Assembly (NCBI GenBank): GCA_905178155.1
Contig: CAJINV010000003.1
Span: 10,113,979-10,177,978 of the forward strand
Reading direction: 5' to 3'
From: Amoebophrya sp. A120
Lineage: Eukaryota > Protista > Dinoflagellata
DNA length: 64,000 nucleotides
Under the pieces are notes generated by a model. The model saw only the letters and a program-made list of their open reading frames with translations, was not told where the DNA came from and made no database searches. Shown here piece after piece: positions 13,501 to 26,000 of the stretch (position 1 is its first letter; each line of letters starts with the position of its first letter). Made by a program: the position numbers and the translations under genes.

Positions 13501-16500
13501 ACCGCCGGAGCCCTTGCGCGCGGTCCGCGGCTACCTCTACGCCCGGCGTCTAGTGCCCTTTCATTGTGGCCCAGCCGGGGAGCTGCCCTCTTCGCCGGAT
13601 GCCCTCCGGGCCGGTGGGCGCTTTACCAGCGGAAGACTTCGCAGGCAGGGGGCGCGCCCGCCGGCGGTTCGCCAAAAATGCCGCGCACGTTGCCTGGGTG
13701 CCTGAAGGTGCGGACGCTGCCTGGATGCCTGCAGGCGTGCTTCTAGCGTGTGGCCCCGTTGCCCCTCGCCTACTTTCGTACTTCGTCGCCGGTAGCAGCC
13801 TGCTCCGCATTAGATTACCGCAAACGCCGCAAGACTTGCGGCGTGGCATCATGCAAAATGGAAAACCTATGTATGTAAATGTATTCTATTGCGGCCAAAA
13901 TAAATTTTTAAAAAGAGAAATACGAAAGTTGGGAAAGCTGCCTATCGATGGGCATGACAAAAAATTCAAAAAAAGCGTTGTTTAACTGGTTGATTACAGC
14001 GACGCTGACTAATCTTTCGCTTTGCTTGTTTGATATGGGTGTATTTTTTTCCAGGACAAGATCTGTGAGCAGATCATGGGCCACGAATTCCTGGAGTTAG
14101 TGAGGTCCAGTCTTGTATCCTTCTCAAGAACTACGTACCTCCCGGCCCAGAATTGTAATGTAGATCTTGTTGCTTTTGCTACGTACCTTATGATCATTTT
14201 CGTTTTTCGCATTCACTTCCAAACCTTCAAGGCCACAGCTTACGTCGCGTAATGGAACGGCGAACGAGTGGACAGGGGGGAAAAGAAAATGGCGACAGGG
14301 TCGTGGGCAAGTGAAAAATTTGACTGAGGGCGGGGCAAAGCACCTGCGCCGCTTCTTGCTGAAAGAAAAAAAGCGGAGCGCCATCGCGTCTGTGGTTCCC
14401 GTCGTTGTGCGAGGACTCCGCCGGCGGTGGGCGCTCGTTTGCGAAGTGGCGAGCCTAAACGCAAAGCGGGAGAGCGGGCGAGCGCCAGCAGGGCGGAGAG
14501 GCTAAGAAAGCAAAAGAACAGCCCGCGCCACGCGCGGCCCGTTCGCGCCCGCCACAGCTTGTGCGCCCCCTCTTGCGCGCCGCTGTTGTTAGGTGGCCAC
14601 CGCGCCCCCCCCCCCGCGCCCTCCTGCATGAGCAGCGGCCTGGTGCTCGTTCGCTTGCCTCCAGCCTTCCCCCGCAGCCCCCTACAACACCGGCGATCCC
14701 TGCCGCGGGGATAGAGGACGGGTGCCGGGGAGGGCTCCACTCTTCGTCAGGTTCTGGGCGGCCCTACCGCCCTCCCCCCGCCTCCTGTCCCCGAGAACGG
14801 CAACGCCCCGCGTGTTCGCGTGTTAGCTCGCCGCCTTTGATGCCGCCCCCCCGGCGTTCGCAGCCTCCAGCCGGCGGTGGGCAACTGGTCTCGCGGTGCT
14901 GTGCACTTTTTGGGGCTTGGGCGCTTGGCGATTTCCAAACCTGTCCCACTTGGTTTTCGTGATGGAAAGTAAAACTTTGGGGGTTTGGTTGTCGAGGTTG
15001 CGCGCAAAACTTTGCAAAATTGATTTTCGAAATTGAAATTGGAAAACTTTGGCAGTTTGGGTGTCGAGATTGAAGCTACAAGCTTGGAACTTTGTTTGTC
15101 GAGATTGAAAGCAAAACTTTGGCAGGTTGGTTGTCGGGTTTGAAAATAAAACCTTGAGGGTTTCCTGGCGGGTTTAAAAGTAAAACCCTGGCGCAAGTTT
15201 GGTGCCCGAACTTGAAAATAAAAGGGCGGAAGTTTGGTCCTCGAGATTAAAAAGAAAACGGCTGCAGTTTGGCAAGCGGAAAAAAAGCACTGCGGTGGGC
15301 GATTTTGCAAATTGGAAAAAGGGGACGGCGAACATTGGAAAAAAAGTTCTGCGCTCGGGGGCGATTTGGGAAATTGCAAAAAAAATTTGAAACCTTGAAA
15401 ATTACGAGGAGGGGTTTTGACGTGGGCGATTTATTTTCTTTCCCCCGGTTAATGTTCGAACTGCCCCCGCTCAGCTATACTAGGAGTTAGATGAAGGATC
15501 TCACACCGAAGCGGTTCCTCTCGAGACGGCTAGCTCTCCGAGTGCTTTGGACTTCGTCATGCTCTAATCGTAATCGTGGTGAGGATGATGAAGCGAACTA
15601 ATGATGCGGCTGTGCTACCTACTTGAACATGGCTGCCTTGTCGTGGTGTAGCTGTAGATGCAAACTTATAGTTACTCGTCCAAGTTAGTTGCTCATCCTC
15701 ATGCTCTTCATTCAACTTCGACTGAAGCACGCGCACACTTCTCTGCGTCGCATGCGATTCTGCATGATCACAAACAGCTTCTCTGTCATGTCTACGCTGA
15801 TCTTCATCTTCTATCTTTATCTGGTTTGTTCTCTGTTTCGATTCTGCATGATCACAAACAGCTTCTTTGTCATGTTTGCTTTGATCTATCTGTATCTGAT
15901 TTTATATCGGATCTCTTGCTGGACTCACAAACATCCAGGATTTGCGTTGTGGGGAGGTGTTTTCAACCAGAAAGAAGAAAGAACCGTCTCGCAGTAAGGA
16001 ACAGCTCGTTGGTGCAGCCACCGAGTGTGTTCATGTCATGGTCTTCAGCTGCCGAGGTTTCTTGGCTTGTGTAGCAGAAAAATCCTATAAATGATTTTGA
16101 CTAGTAGGGGGTTGGTACGTTGTTACACAGGATATTGCGCACATACGCCTCCCATTCTCTCCACCGCTGCCGATCCAGCGATCTACGCTCGGATTGCACT
16201 GCTTTCCTTGACCCCGGCGATGTACACCGCCAATACCGACGAGGATGGTCTGCTGCTCGAGGCCGATACTGCACGACTGACTCAGGAATTGTTTGAGCAC
16301 CTTGACCAGGTGGCGCAGCTGCGTGCAACCTGCTACCAGGAGCCGGCCTTTTGGCGAGGCTGCAAAAAATATCTAATGGCGTGGTTTGAAAGCACAAATG
16401 TGGGTGTGGCCGCCGAGTTCTGGCACACAGGTCTGACGGTTCAGGGCGGGCCCCTGCACCGTCTCGAGGGACAAAGTGCGGCCAATATGGTGGATTCGCA

Positions 16501-18027
16501 CCAGACGGATTTGCCGATGGATTCCGCCTACACTGACGTACTGGCGCAGATGCACGACAGTGTTGGCTTGTTCCAGCAGAGTAACTTTATCACCTCCGCG
16601 GCTACAGGCGAAACCCCCGATATCAACACCGGCGAGGAAAGTATGCAAGGTCTTGGCGGTAAGGGCGGCGGCGGCGGCCCCAGAGCCCATAGGGGCGAGG
16701 TAGTAGATTTTTCATTTGTACTTTTTCACGGGTACTGTCTTTATCTTAATACTAGCAACGCCAGCTTCGCCTCTACGTAAGCACTTCGAAGCATTCGGAT
16801 GAGCTTTCCAGTTCTAGATAACAAAAACAAATCCCAAAACAAGAAAGCGCCGGGCTCAAAAGCGCAGGCCCGGCGATGGATCCCGGTTCCGGCGATCGGC
16901 GATCCCCGTCCCGGCGATCCCGGTTCCGGTGATCCGGGTCCCAGCGATCCCCGTCCCCGTCGGTCCTGGATCGGGGTCAAGTACCGGGCGGGAGAGCCGC
17001 GTGGCCCGGCGAAGCGAGTCTTCCCACCGGCCCCGGACCGGGCTGGAGGGTCGCCGGGCCCGGCGAACCGCCCCCCCCCACCGGTCCCGGACCGGGCTCG
17101 AGAGTCGCTTCACCGGGCCAACCGGCCCTCCAGCCCGGTGCAGCTCGAAGTTGATTCTCAAACTCAGCAGCGAGGTTGATTCTGAAACTCAGACTCGAGG
17201 TCGATGCTGAGACTCAAGCTCAATGGTGATTCTGAAACTCAAGCTCGAAGTGGATTCTAACGCTCAGAGCTTAGTATCAAGCCCGAAGTTGATTCTCAAA
17301 CTCAGAGCTGAGCTGCGAACTCGAGGTTGATTCGCAAACTCGAACTCAAGCTGGCAGCTGGATGCATTCTTTTAATCCATGGTGTGGTAGTGAATAAGAG
17401 TATCTTTACGGGATGAGATTAAAACGGAGGGCGTCGGCGTTTCTTCATGTCTGGTCCCGGTGGCGATCCATTGAGAGTGAGACACTAGCCGCCATAACTA
17501 TTTACTTACGACTTACTCGCAGGAACTTCGATGGTGCGGCAAGCGTTTCACGCGCTCGCCTCAAATGGTGAGCACGCAACTGCTTTTCGTATTAAGCACA
17601 TTGCGGGCCCTCGTCTCTGTTTGCGCTGACGCCGTCCCCGTCGCGAGCGCGAGAGCAATATAGTTGCAGTGATTTTTGACTTTAAATTGACATTGGCAAC
17701 GTAAAGGTCTGCGAACGAATCTAACAGACGAAGAATGTCAATAGAGAACAACAACAAAGGCAAACAAAATCTTTATGTTCACACTCTCGTCAGGTACCTG
17801 AAGAATTCCGATGTGCAATTGATGGCAAGTTGATGCAGACGCCGGTGAGGTGGCTCTCCCCTGCCAGCGGAAACGTTTACGTATATGAGTTAGTGACCTT
17901 ACAGGCTTGGGCCGAGGTGCAGGGGGACGTGTGTCCCGTGAGCGGCGAGGCTTTCACCGCTGAAGCACCTCCAGCCGTGGATGAAGGGCTAAAGGCAAAG
18001 ATCGAGGCCTTTACGTCAAAAATGTAG
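7597..18027 (+). CDS. Large multi-exon protein with a C-terminal U-box domain (putative E3 ubiquitin ligase)
   Basis: The last exon, 17794-18027, reads VPEEFRCAIDGKLMQTPV...YELVTLQAW...CPVSGEAF...LKAKIEAF (U-box) and joins by phase-0 GT-AG to exon ~16131-16698. Upstream coding blocks 7597-8062, 10352-10654, 11096-~11180, ~11470-11975 and ~12370-12440 are inferred to belong to the same gene; the middle junctions are uncertain. Confidence 0.6.
8063..10351 (+). mobile_element. Introner-type non-canonical intron (2.3 kb, with nested sequence)
   Basis: CGACG|TATGAAAGCTGGGGACAACTCC...GGAGTTGTCCACCATCATG|CGACG; removal fuses ORFs 7594 and 10219 in frame (GSDD-SSTDEM). Confidence 0.85.
9569..9680. 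repeat. Short degenerate repeats (TAATTTTAGACACTACTCCCAGT)
   Basis: Three near-copies at 9569-9660, a duplicated GACTACCGTGAGGAT, and a fourth copy near 10200. Confidence 0.7.
10655..11095 (+). mobile_element. Probable introner-type intron, family A-like
   Basis: GAAGT|TATGAAG...TTTGCAATGCATA|GAAGC; the right end matches family A; removal gives KRKF-PNDESGDLADL. Confidence 0.6.
16875..17350. repeat. Two adjacent degenerate minisatellites in the last intron of the U-box gene
   Basis: GATCCC(C)GTCCCGGC-like units at 16875-17140, followed by GTTGATTCTCAAACTCAAGCTCGA-like units at 17145-17350. Confidence 0.75.
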
Positions 18028-19623
18028 AAGCCGAAGTTTTTCACTTACTCAAATGAATTCGCTACGTACAAGTAAACAAGTCAGCGTACGCCTGATACGA
18101 CAAGTAAACAAGTCAGCTTCGCCCGGTGGTAATGGTATTCACATACTCCAGAACCAGAAGCCGTCGTGTTAACAACCAAAAACAAAATTATACAAGAACC
18201 AAGAACAAGAACGAAAGAAGGAACGTGAGCGCTGAGCAGCTGCCAAACACGTTCTGCCGACTTGGAACAGGCGCATTTTAGGCGGGACAACTTATCGCGC
18301 ACGCTATTGCTATACGAGCGTTTCTCGGAATGGTTGGCTTGTCTTTCTTTCGACAGTAGCAGCTCGGCCCTTCTATCGCCCGTGTGCTGTTGTTCTTTCT
18401 GCAATCGTAGTCGCTTTTAGGGTCGGACGTGCGTGAGCGTGTGGTGTCGGAACCTGCGCGGAAAACGTCGAAACCCGTGCGGCTTGGATTCATTGTGCTG
18501 CCTTTTTTTTCTGGTGCGCCGGCTGGCATTCATTCTCACACGGAGGGACGAGTCAACTCCTTTTGTTTTTTCTCGTTCTTACTTCGAGATGTCGGCACAT
18601 TTCCGAGCGCGTTTTGGGTCTCTCCAAGTTCCTGGGTTTGGTTGGTTCTTTGTGCCGTGGCAGCTCGAAAAATCAAAAGCAAGCTCGTAGCTGAAACCTA
18701 AAGCATATATATCTCGCTAATTCTACCCCTATTGCACAGGTTCTAAATAAAACTTCTTTCCGCGAAAAAAAAGCGCGAATTATTATTACTCGCAGGCTTT
18801 TGAGAGGCTCTTTATTCAAAAGGTTTCCAAGTAGGAGTCAATAATTGTATTTCACGACCCACGAGGACTGACGGATCTTTCTATTTGCACGATGGACGAG
18901 TGTTCACAAGGATCCTGTTGGTATGACGAGGTTTCTGTGTCACTAACACAACAATAAAAGTTGCAATCGCGGGAAAGTTCGAAACATGTTATTGTTCCTG
19001 ACTCGTATACATGAACAAATTCAAATAATAACGACGCCAGAAGATGAAAACGATCGTGCTTTTATTCTCAGATTTGAAGATTTTGTAGCAAAGATCTGCT
19101 GCTCCACCTGCTCCTGCTTTTGGTTTTGATCGCAAAGACAAACACCAACGACTCCAAGTTGAATGAAGGATCGATTCAGGACCTACTAGATTGTATGTCA
19201 TCTTCGACCAGAGGTAGAGCTAGACCCGGAAAGCGAGAATATGATTGTTTTTGAGACATTGCTTGAATAAAAGCAGACACTGAGTCTTCAATATGACATA
19301 TCGACGCCCTTCTTTTTATCTTCACCCACCGACTTTTAAGTAGTTTTACAAACGCAATTTGCTTTCGTTTCTACTTCGATAAAAGTTGGCAGGTAGTGTG
19401 TTTATGATTCCCCGAGAATTTTTCCCCAAGTTTGAATTTCACTTGTTTGTCTCGAAGCCCTTTGAAAGCAACACCAGAACTGCCAGTATTACTCAATTAC
19501 TGTGACTTGTTCGTTGGCTACTCTAATCTATTTAGTACAGCAGTCCTCATCTCACGAGTACGGCTACCCCCACGTGTGTCGCGGGCGAAAAAGTAAGAGA
19601 TTTCGGCAGAGGGCTCGCCCAGG

Positions 19624-22600
19624 ATGCCGCCTAAAGAGAAAACCAAAGAACAGAAGGCCGCAGAGAAAGCTGCGAAGGAGAAGCGCGCAAAGAACGCCGA
19701 GGACAAAACTTTTGGGTTAAAAAATAAAAACAAATCTAAGGCGGTGCAGCAGCAGATCAACCAAATAAAGTCCTCCGCAACGGCCGCAGATCGCAAGCCG
19801 GGCCAGAATAAGAATGAGCAAGACAAGAAAAAGGAGAGCGCCAAGCAAATGCAACAGCAAGCACTGCTGGCCGGCTTGTTTAACATGGCAGTAGACAAAA
19901 AGGGACGAGCCTTTGATCCGCAAGCAAAAAAGAAAGCCAAAGAAAAAAACATGGAAGAGGAAAGAAGCGGAGCAAATTTGCCTGAAGAGGTGCAAAAGGT
20001 ACAAGATAGATAAAGAATTTGAGTTTTTGGATTTTCGTTCGTTCCATTCCTGTGAACGCCATGAAATATCAAGACAAACACAAAAGGACAGACGAGACTC
20101 TTTGCAAAAGTTCTGCCGATGAAAGCTGTCGTGGACATCCTTCCAGCCAAAACAAACAAAGCGACTTAATCAACCACAGGCCTTCATCGAGGGAATCAAA
20201 AACGGAATTCGGATGACCAACGCAAAGGGAACGAATTTGAGTCAAATATGCGGCACAGCCTACGTTATCAAATGGAAGTATGTGTGGGTCTGACAGATAA
20301 AGATTGTAGAAGTAAGTTTGTCATGCAGTTTTTCCATGCCCATGCCCTTCCCCTTGCGCTTGCCCGATGACATCCGGAATGTATGACCTGGGGCCACAGC
20401 TTCGGCGACGGCTGTTTTGCAGTGCCTATCTTGAACGAGAAACTTCTTCCGCTCAAATTGACTCGAGTAGCTTGCTGTGGTAGTCATGCAGGATTGAGTG
20501 CACAAGATATGCCAGCATGCATATCTCAAGATCCAGACATATTTGCAATGCATGCACGTTCGCGACGTCCTGGAGGACCCGAAATATAAGAAGCATCTGG
20601 AGACAGTATTTAAGCACTTAGAATGTTCTGTTGAAGATGAAAAGTATTTGCTCTAGAAGTATATTTTCTTATTCATCTAGTCTGCAGCATCGGAATTTCT
20701 TGGTCGTGTAGAGCGATCTTAAAAAGGCAGCCCGCCACGGCAGACGTATGGATTTAGAATGAAGCAAAAACTTGGTGAATGTCAACATGAATGTGCTTTC
20801 AGGTGACGACGCTTCACTTTATCAGGAGACATAGAGTCCATTTTAACATTGGCGAAGACGATGCTGACAACCAGAATCCAAGCGTGCGCTTATCCAAGTT
20901 AAAAACTCTCCCTCCCCGAATATGAATATATATTGACAAATACAAAGACATGTCTGCCGCTGCATGATTTGCGTACACAGATTACGATTAGCCTTGTCCT
21001 CCAGAAGGGGACTGCGCACATATAATTCTTGATCTGTTGGGAGGTGTACCGGTCTAGGCGCGGAGCATGGCACGCGCCTCCTTCGTCTGTTGAGAATGCC
21101 CGGCGTAGCCCTTGCCTTCCCTGTATGCAAGACAAGAAAGCGCCGGATCTTGACGCGATCGGTCTCTCCGAAGCCCCAGCCCCAAGTAGTTGCTCTAAAA
21201 GAGTTGCTTGCTTTTAGGCAACGTCAGCTTGCCTTCTTGCTTGATAAAATAAACCTAGACGCCGGACTTCCCCGAAAAAAATCCGCGTCGCAAACGTTCC
21301 CGCAAAGGAGTCCCGCTGCATGATTATGGTTCAGCTTGTCCGCGTTGCCGTCCGCCTTGATGTGAAAGCGTGTGACTTCGTCACCATCACCTTTTCAAAG
21401 TAGCGCAATGAGCAATATGAGTGCGTCTATTTTTTTCGGGTTGCCTTGGTCAGCTCGCCAGGGTGTAACTCCTGACTGGTGGCGGGACTTCATTCAACGA
21501 ACGGAGGGGCTCGAGTCCACTTCAGCGTGATTGCTGCGCAATCAGTATGGGTCGGAGGTCAGAGCGTTTAGTACTGTGAGCCGTAAGGATGATCGCGTGG
21601 TCGATCCTTGGCCTCCAGGTCAAAGAATAGGACAAACAAGTCCCGGCTCCTGTGCGTGTGCTGGTAGTTCCGCCCCGTTCTCCGGAATGTGCGAAACATG
21701 CCAGCCCCCGAATGAAGCATGGCCCAATGATCGAAGGTGAGGGCGTTCCGCAACCGAATGACGAAAAAACCTGGCCTCAGTCAACGACGTTACCACTAGG
21801 GTATTACGGCAGGCTATTCCTGCCGCGCGTCGGAGGAGGGAGTTGCGCCGAGCCCCGCTCGAGCTAATCATCATCATCCAGCCGAAAAGACTAGAGCGCC
21901 TTATCGGAAGAGGGCAATTATATAAGAGCAATATTTGTGGCCTCACTTGTGCCAGTTCGGTGTTTCACCACAACGCTATATTATAGATATGCCTCCGCCT
22001 GGCGGGTACACAAGAGGCGTCAGTTACGCCAATGCCAATGGTGTCGTGTAAAGACCAGCCGACTCGCCACCCCCAGCCAGGTTGATCGGCACCGTGGTAC
22101 GTGCGTAACCCGGTCGATCTCCGGAAAAAAACCCGCTTTCGTTGCAGTCACAAGTTTATTTTCGTTTCGTATTCTATTACGATCCAATTCCAAAACCAAT
22201 ACCAAATCCATATGAGGAGGTGGAGTTTTTCCGTATCATGACGCTGTCAAGAAGATGTAGATGCAGAGGATAACAAAGACGAGCGGGACATGTTTCTCAT
22301 CTTGGAAGAAAAGCGACAGCCTTTTTTCGGCGACACGAGCCTGAAACGCGTAGATATGGCGTTCCTGAAAGCCTGGTGGCTGGAATCAGCACGGCTCGAG
22401 CTCCGCCGCGACCCGGATACGGGCGAAATAAGAGATGAGCCAACAAAGGTACAGCAAACGCTGTCGGCGAATGAAATATAAGCGAGAGACGTAAATCAAT
22501 AATCTACGTAAAGACTCTGCTCGAACAAGACTGGTCCGAGCGGAGCGCGGCCGCTCTTCTGGACGGATATCGCCGCACTGCGGCTCTTCTAAGCCCACCA

Positions 22601-24801
22601 CATTGGGGACCGTGGCTCTTCTGAACCTACCAATAGACCAATCCAAATAACCCAAAACAGACACAGCAAAAAACGCCACGGATCGTGCCAGGACGCAGCA
22701 GCGAAAGGCGCGCCGGCACTACCACGACCCCGATAGAAGAGCGGCCGTAGGAATGCGCCACCGGGCCCGGCTAGACCTGCCTCAGGCGCGCGCCGTGGGC
22801 GCAGGGCGCCCGCGACCGGCCCCGGGCGGCACGGGCCCTACGAGCCACGCGCTTCCGGCATATCTAGAGGCGGTCCGTACCGTTGCCGATCTGAATTAGG
22901 ACGTGACCAACGTTTGTTTCGGCCTGTCTCGACCGCTTCCAAGGGGAAGGGTCCTAGCCGCTAGTTGCCATGCGGTAGTCAAAGCGCAGCCGCTAAACCG
23001 CATGGGTCAAAGCGTAGCGCTTCATCCACGCCCCGCCTTCCCGGTGTCGCCGGAAACCGTGACACGTGGAAGGGTGATGCCCCGGGGAGGGACAGCCACC
23101 CAGCGGCGGTGGTCGCGATTTGTTCTCCGCACGTGTCATCGGGGTCGGCGAGTGATCATGGGGCCACTGCCAGGCTCCAAATGTCATACATCCGACGAAG
23201 CGCAGCCTCGCGCACATGGCGCCGACGCTCCCGAGCGCCACCTCAGTGCCAACTGACGGAGCCGCTTTTCCCCGTCAAGTTTCGCGTCGCACCATGGCGC
23301 CACACAAAGACACGGGGCAGACGCTTAGCCGTGTCATAGCATTGCACCAAGGCGCCAGAATGCGGCGCGGGCGCCGACCTGTGTCCAGGGTCTCAACAGC
23401 AAAAGGGGCAACAGGTACCCGTTGCCAAAAATTGACTGCTGGCTGGCGCTTGTTTGCGAATATTTCTCAGCATGTCCTGTGACCTCAGTCCTCCCGCCGA
23501 TGCCCCTGCGGACTGACGCGAGAATCTCTGTCACGCTCATGCCCAGACAGCGTCTGCAAATGAAAACACCGCCGCAGGCCGGGCGCATTTCGGCGGTCTG
23601 GACATAAATCGCAGCGCGTGGCCCGGTGGCGCCTGCTAACGTGGACGCACCACCAGAGTAGACGCGCGCAAGCATACTCTTGCGTTTGGCTGCTGGTGAC
23701 GGTAGGCAAGGCACCGGCAGGCCAAAAGGAAGCCTTCTCGAGTCGGAAGCGATTCAATGAAATGGGGAGAGCGGGACAACTTGGGCGGGCCGAAAGCGAA
23801 GGTGAAACAAAAAACAGACGCACTGCGCCAGCCCCTCCAGGAGTTCTTGCAATTTTCGTCTACCTGGACCCTCGGGGCCCTGCGGTAGCAAAACCAAAAT
23901 CTCTGCCCCGCATTACCTATTGTGGGTTTGCAGGCTCCACATTTGTCGGCCTGGTGGGTTCAAATAGTGGGGGGGTACACAGTTGTATACTGCCCCTGTT
24001 GGTGGGTGAGGGTCTACTAGTAGTGCGAAGTCTTACATTGATGTGCTCTGTAATATGTAACTCGCGCAAAGAGAAAGAAGCCACATCCGAAAATGCATCG
24101 AGTGTAAGCAAGCAGCATCTTTGCGCTGGACTTCCGAGTTCAGGACAATGCACCCGACCCCACGACTCAACAAAGTTTTTTCCAGAAGGAATGACGAAAA
24201 ACTCTAGAGCAAAACGTTTTATTTGTACTGGTAGCTAATGCAAACAAAAATGACAGGCGAGAGGCAGACTTGCCGCGAAACCGACAGGCGAGCAGCTTTA
24301 CAAAATGAACCCGAACATCTTCATATTTTGTGTAAAAACATTTCCACCCCCCCTAAGCACGAATAGTACTGTGAAAATTAAATGCATACGCAGCACATTG
24401 TGTAGGGTCCTTCGCGGGGCGCAGCTCTTCCACCCTGGCTCGGGCTGGCACTATGCTTGCCTTCCGGCGCAGAGCGGACATCAGACGCCGCGCTTCTCCT
24501 TGGAATTTTCCTGATGAAAAGTTGCTCGACCGAATTCCAAAACACAAACAATTGCGTCTAAAAATAAAAACGAAAACGGTCCGCTGACACGTTCTGAGCA
24601 TGCTGATTTGTATCACAACTCTCATCGGGTAGAAACGTTTTTACGCCGGATAATTCAAGCATGCGGGTGCGACGGGGACGGATGGCGCAGAGTCGACTAC
24701 TACCATGGCAACAAGCAACGATCAAAAGGGAGAAACTCCACAGGAGTTGCCAGACTCGGACGAGGACGAAGTGGAGCGCGACGAAAGTGTTCCGGTCGGC
24801 C
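19624..24801 (+). CDS. Tma46/ZC3H15 (DFRP1)-like protein, multi-exon, 3' end unresolved
   Basis: The N-terminus MPPK...EDKTFGLKNKNKSKAVQQQI is characteristic of Tma46/ZC3H15. Later LILEEKRQ..LKRVDMAFLKAW and TGEQLYKMNPNIF resemble the DFRP region. Exons 19624-19998, 20180-20265, 20560-20605, 20803-20890, 22246-22448, 24257-24323, 24658-~24801; a possible last exon lies at ~27305-27513. Confidence 0.8.
20266..20559 (+). mobile_element. Introner-type non-canonical intron, family A
   Basis: TACGT|TATCAAATGGAAGTATGTG...CAGACATATTTGCAATGCATG|CACGT; contains in-frame stops; removal gives TAYV-RDVLEDPK. Confidence 0.85.
20891..22245 (+). mobile_element. Introner-type non-canonical intron (1.35 kb)
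   Basis: GCGCT|TATCCAAGTTAAAAACTCTCCCTCC...GGAGGTGGAGTTTTTCCGTATCATG|ACGCT; removal gives NPSVRC-QEDVDAE. Confidence 0.8.
24324..24657 (+). mobile_element. Introner-type non-canonical intron
   Basis: CTTCA|TATTTTGTGTAAAAACATTTCCACCC...GGGTAGAAACGTTTTTACGCCGGATA|ATTCA; removal gives PNIFK-HAGAT. Confidence 0.85.
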
Positions 24802-25349
24802 TATCAAGCTGAAAAGTGCATCTAGTCCAAGATCGGAAGTAGGTGTTTGCACGATTATTGCATGGCTTTCTCCACGGCAACCTTGCATAACTACACAACT
24901 TTTCGATACAGCTGAGCATCACCCTGCGTTGGTTTGCGAAGTAGCAAACTCAATGCCTGTAGTTGTAGTTGTATCAATGGTAATCTTGATCATCAGCGCT
25001 GCTTGCCTCCATTCAGAAACAAAATGAACAGAATGCGTCGAACTTTCTCTATTTCCATGCGAGCACATGCATCGCGGCGGTAAGTGATACATCGTACGTC
25101 CGGATTGAGGGAACTTTTCATTTTCAGAAGGCAAAGCCTGGGGGGAGAGTAAGGACGTAGCAGAGCTCGAAAGCGAAAAGTGGTATTATTAGTAATATTG
25201 AAATTGATAATATGGATGCGTCAACTTACCCAAACTCAAAATACCCAAAAATTTTATTAGCGATTTTTTATAGCTAGAAAGAGTCTTGATTTCTAATGCC
25301 TAAAAGTAGTAGCTATGGTTAACTAGGTAGTAATTTATATAGCTAATTA

Positions 25350-25470
25350 AGGGCGTTTTCAGGCGTGTATAGAACCCGCAACCTCCGCGACCAACGATCA
25401 CGGATTCCGGGGAATCCGTGATCGTTGGTAGCGGAGGTTGCGCCTTCTACACACGCCTGAAAACATCCCT
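25350..25470. repeat. Near-perfect palindrome of about 120 bp
   Basis: AGGGCGTTTTCAGGCGTGT...CACGGATTCC-GG-GGAATCCGTG...ACACGCCTGAAAACATCCCT; arms of about 59 bp and a 2-nt loop. Confidence 0.95.
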
Positions 25471-25764
25471 TTCAAAATAGCTATTTACCTTAACTAATGG
25501 GTGAGGATCAAAAAGTCTACAATTTTATAGCACATCTGCTGAAATTTGATTCGATTTTGATCTGTTTTATAATCTCCCCGTCGTTCATGTTGTTCATCAT
25601 TTCGTGAGTGATTTCGTGCTCTTTCGCGTCGGTCTGCATGTACGTTCTCCCTGCTCTCGTTCTCGCTATTCGTGAAAATAGATCCCAGCATTACAAACTT
25701 GCAGTTCATTCAGATCTCCTCGTTCCCAGAGCGCTCTCGATCTCGACTTTTATCGGTGGTCGTA

Positions 25765-26000
25765 CTATTTTCTCTCTTTCTCGGTCTCGGCATTTGTGAG
25801 CAGATAGCCCATTAGCATTACAAATTCGATCCCGGTAGTCTTATTTTCTCTCTTTCTCGGTCTCGGCATTTGTGAGCGATATCCCACTAACATTAAAAAA
25901 TTCGATCTCGACTCGTATTTATTTTCTCTCTTTCTCGGTCTCGGCATTTCTTTGTGAGCAGATAGTCCATTAGCATTACAAATTCGATCTCGACTCGTTT
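25765..26000. repeat. Tandem repeat, about 75-80 bp x3
   Basis: TATTTTCTCTCTTTCTCGGTCTCGGCATTT...CATTACAAATTCGATC occurs three times. Confidence 0.9.

Noticed and set aside
20320-20373. Minus-strand MSSGKRKGKGMG resembling a histone tail inside an introner
   Set aside because: Too short and low in complexity; no histone fold follows.
24802-24913. Possible further TIR intron (CGGCC|TATC...GATA|CAGCT)
   Set aside because: Weak TIR, and the downstream reading frame is not convincingly protein-like.
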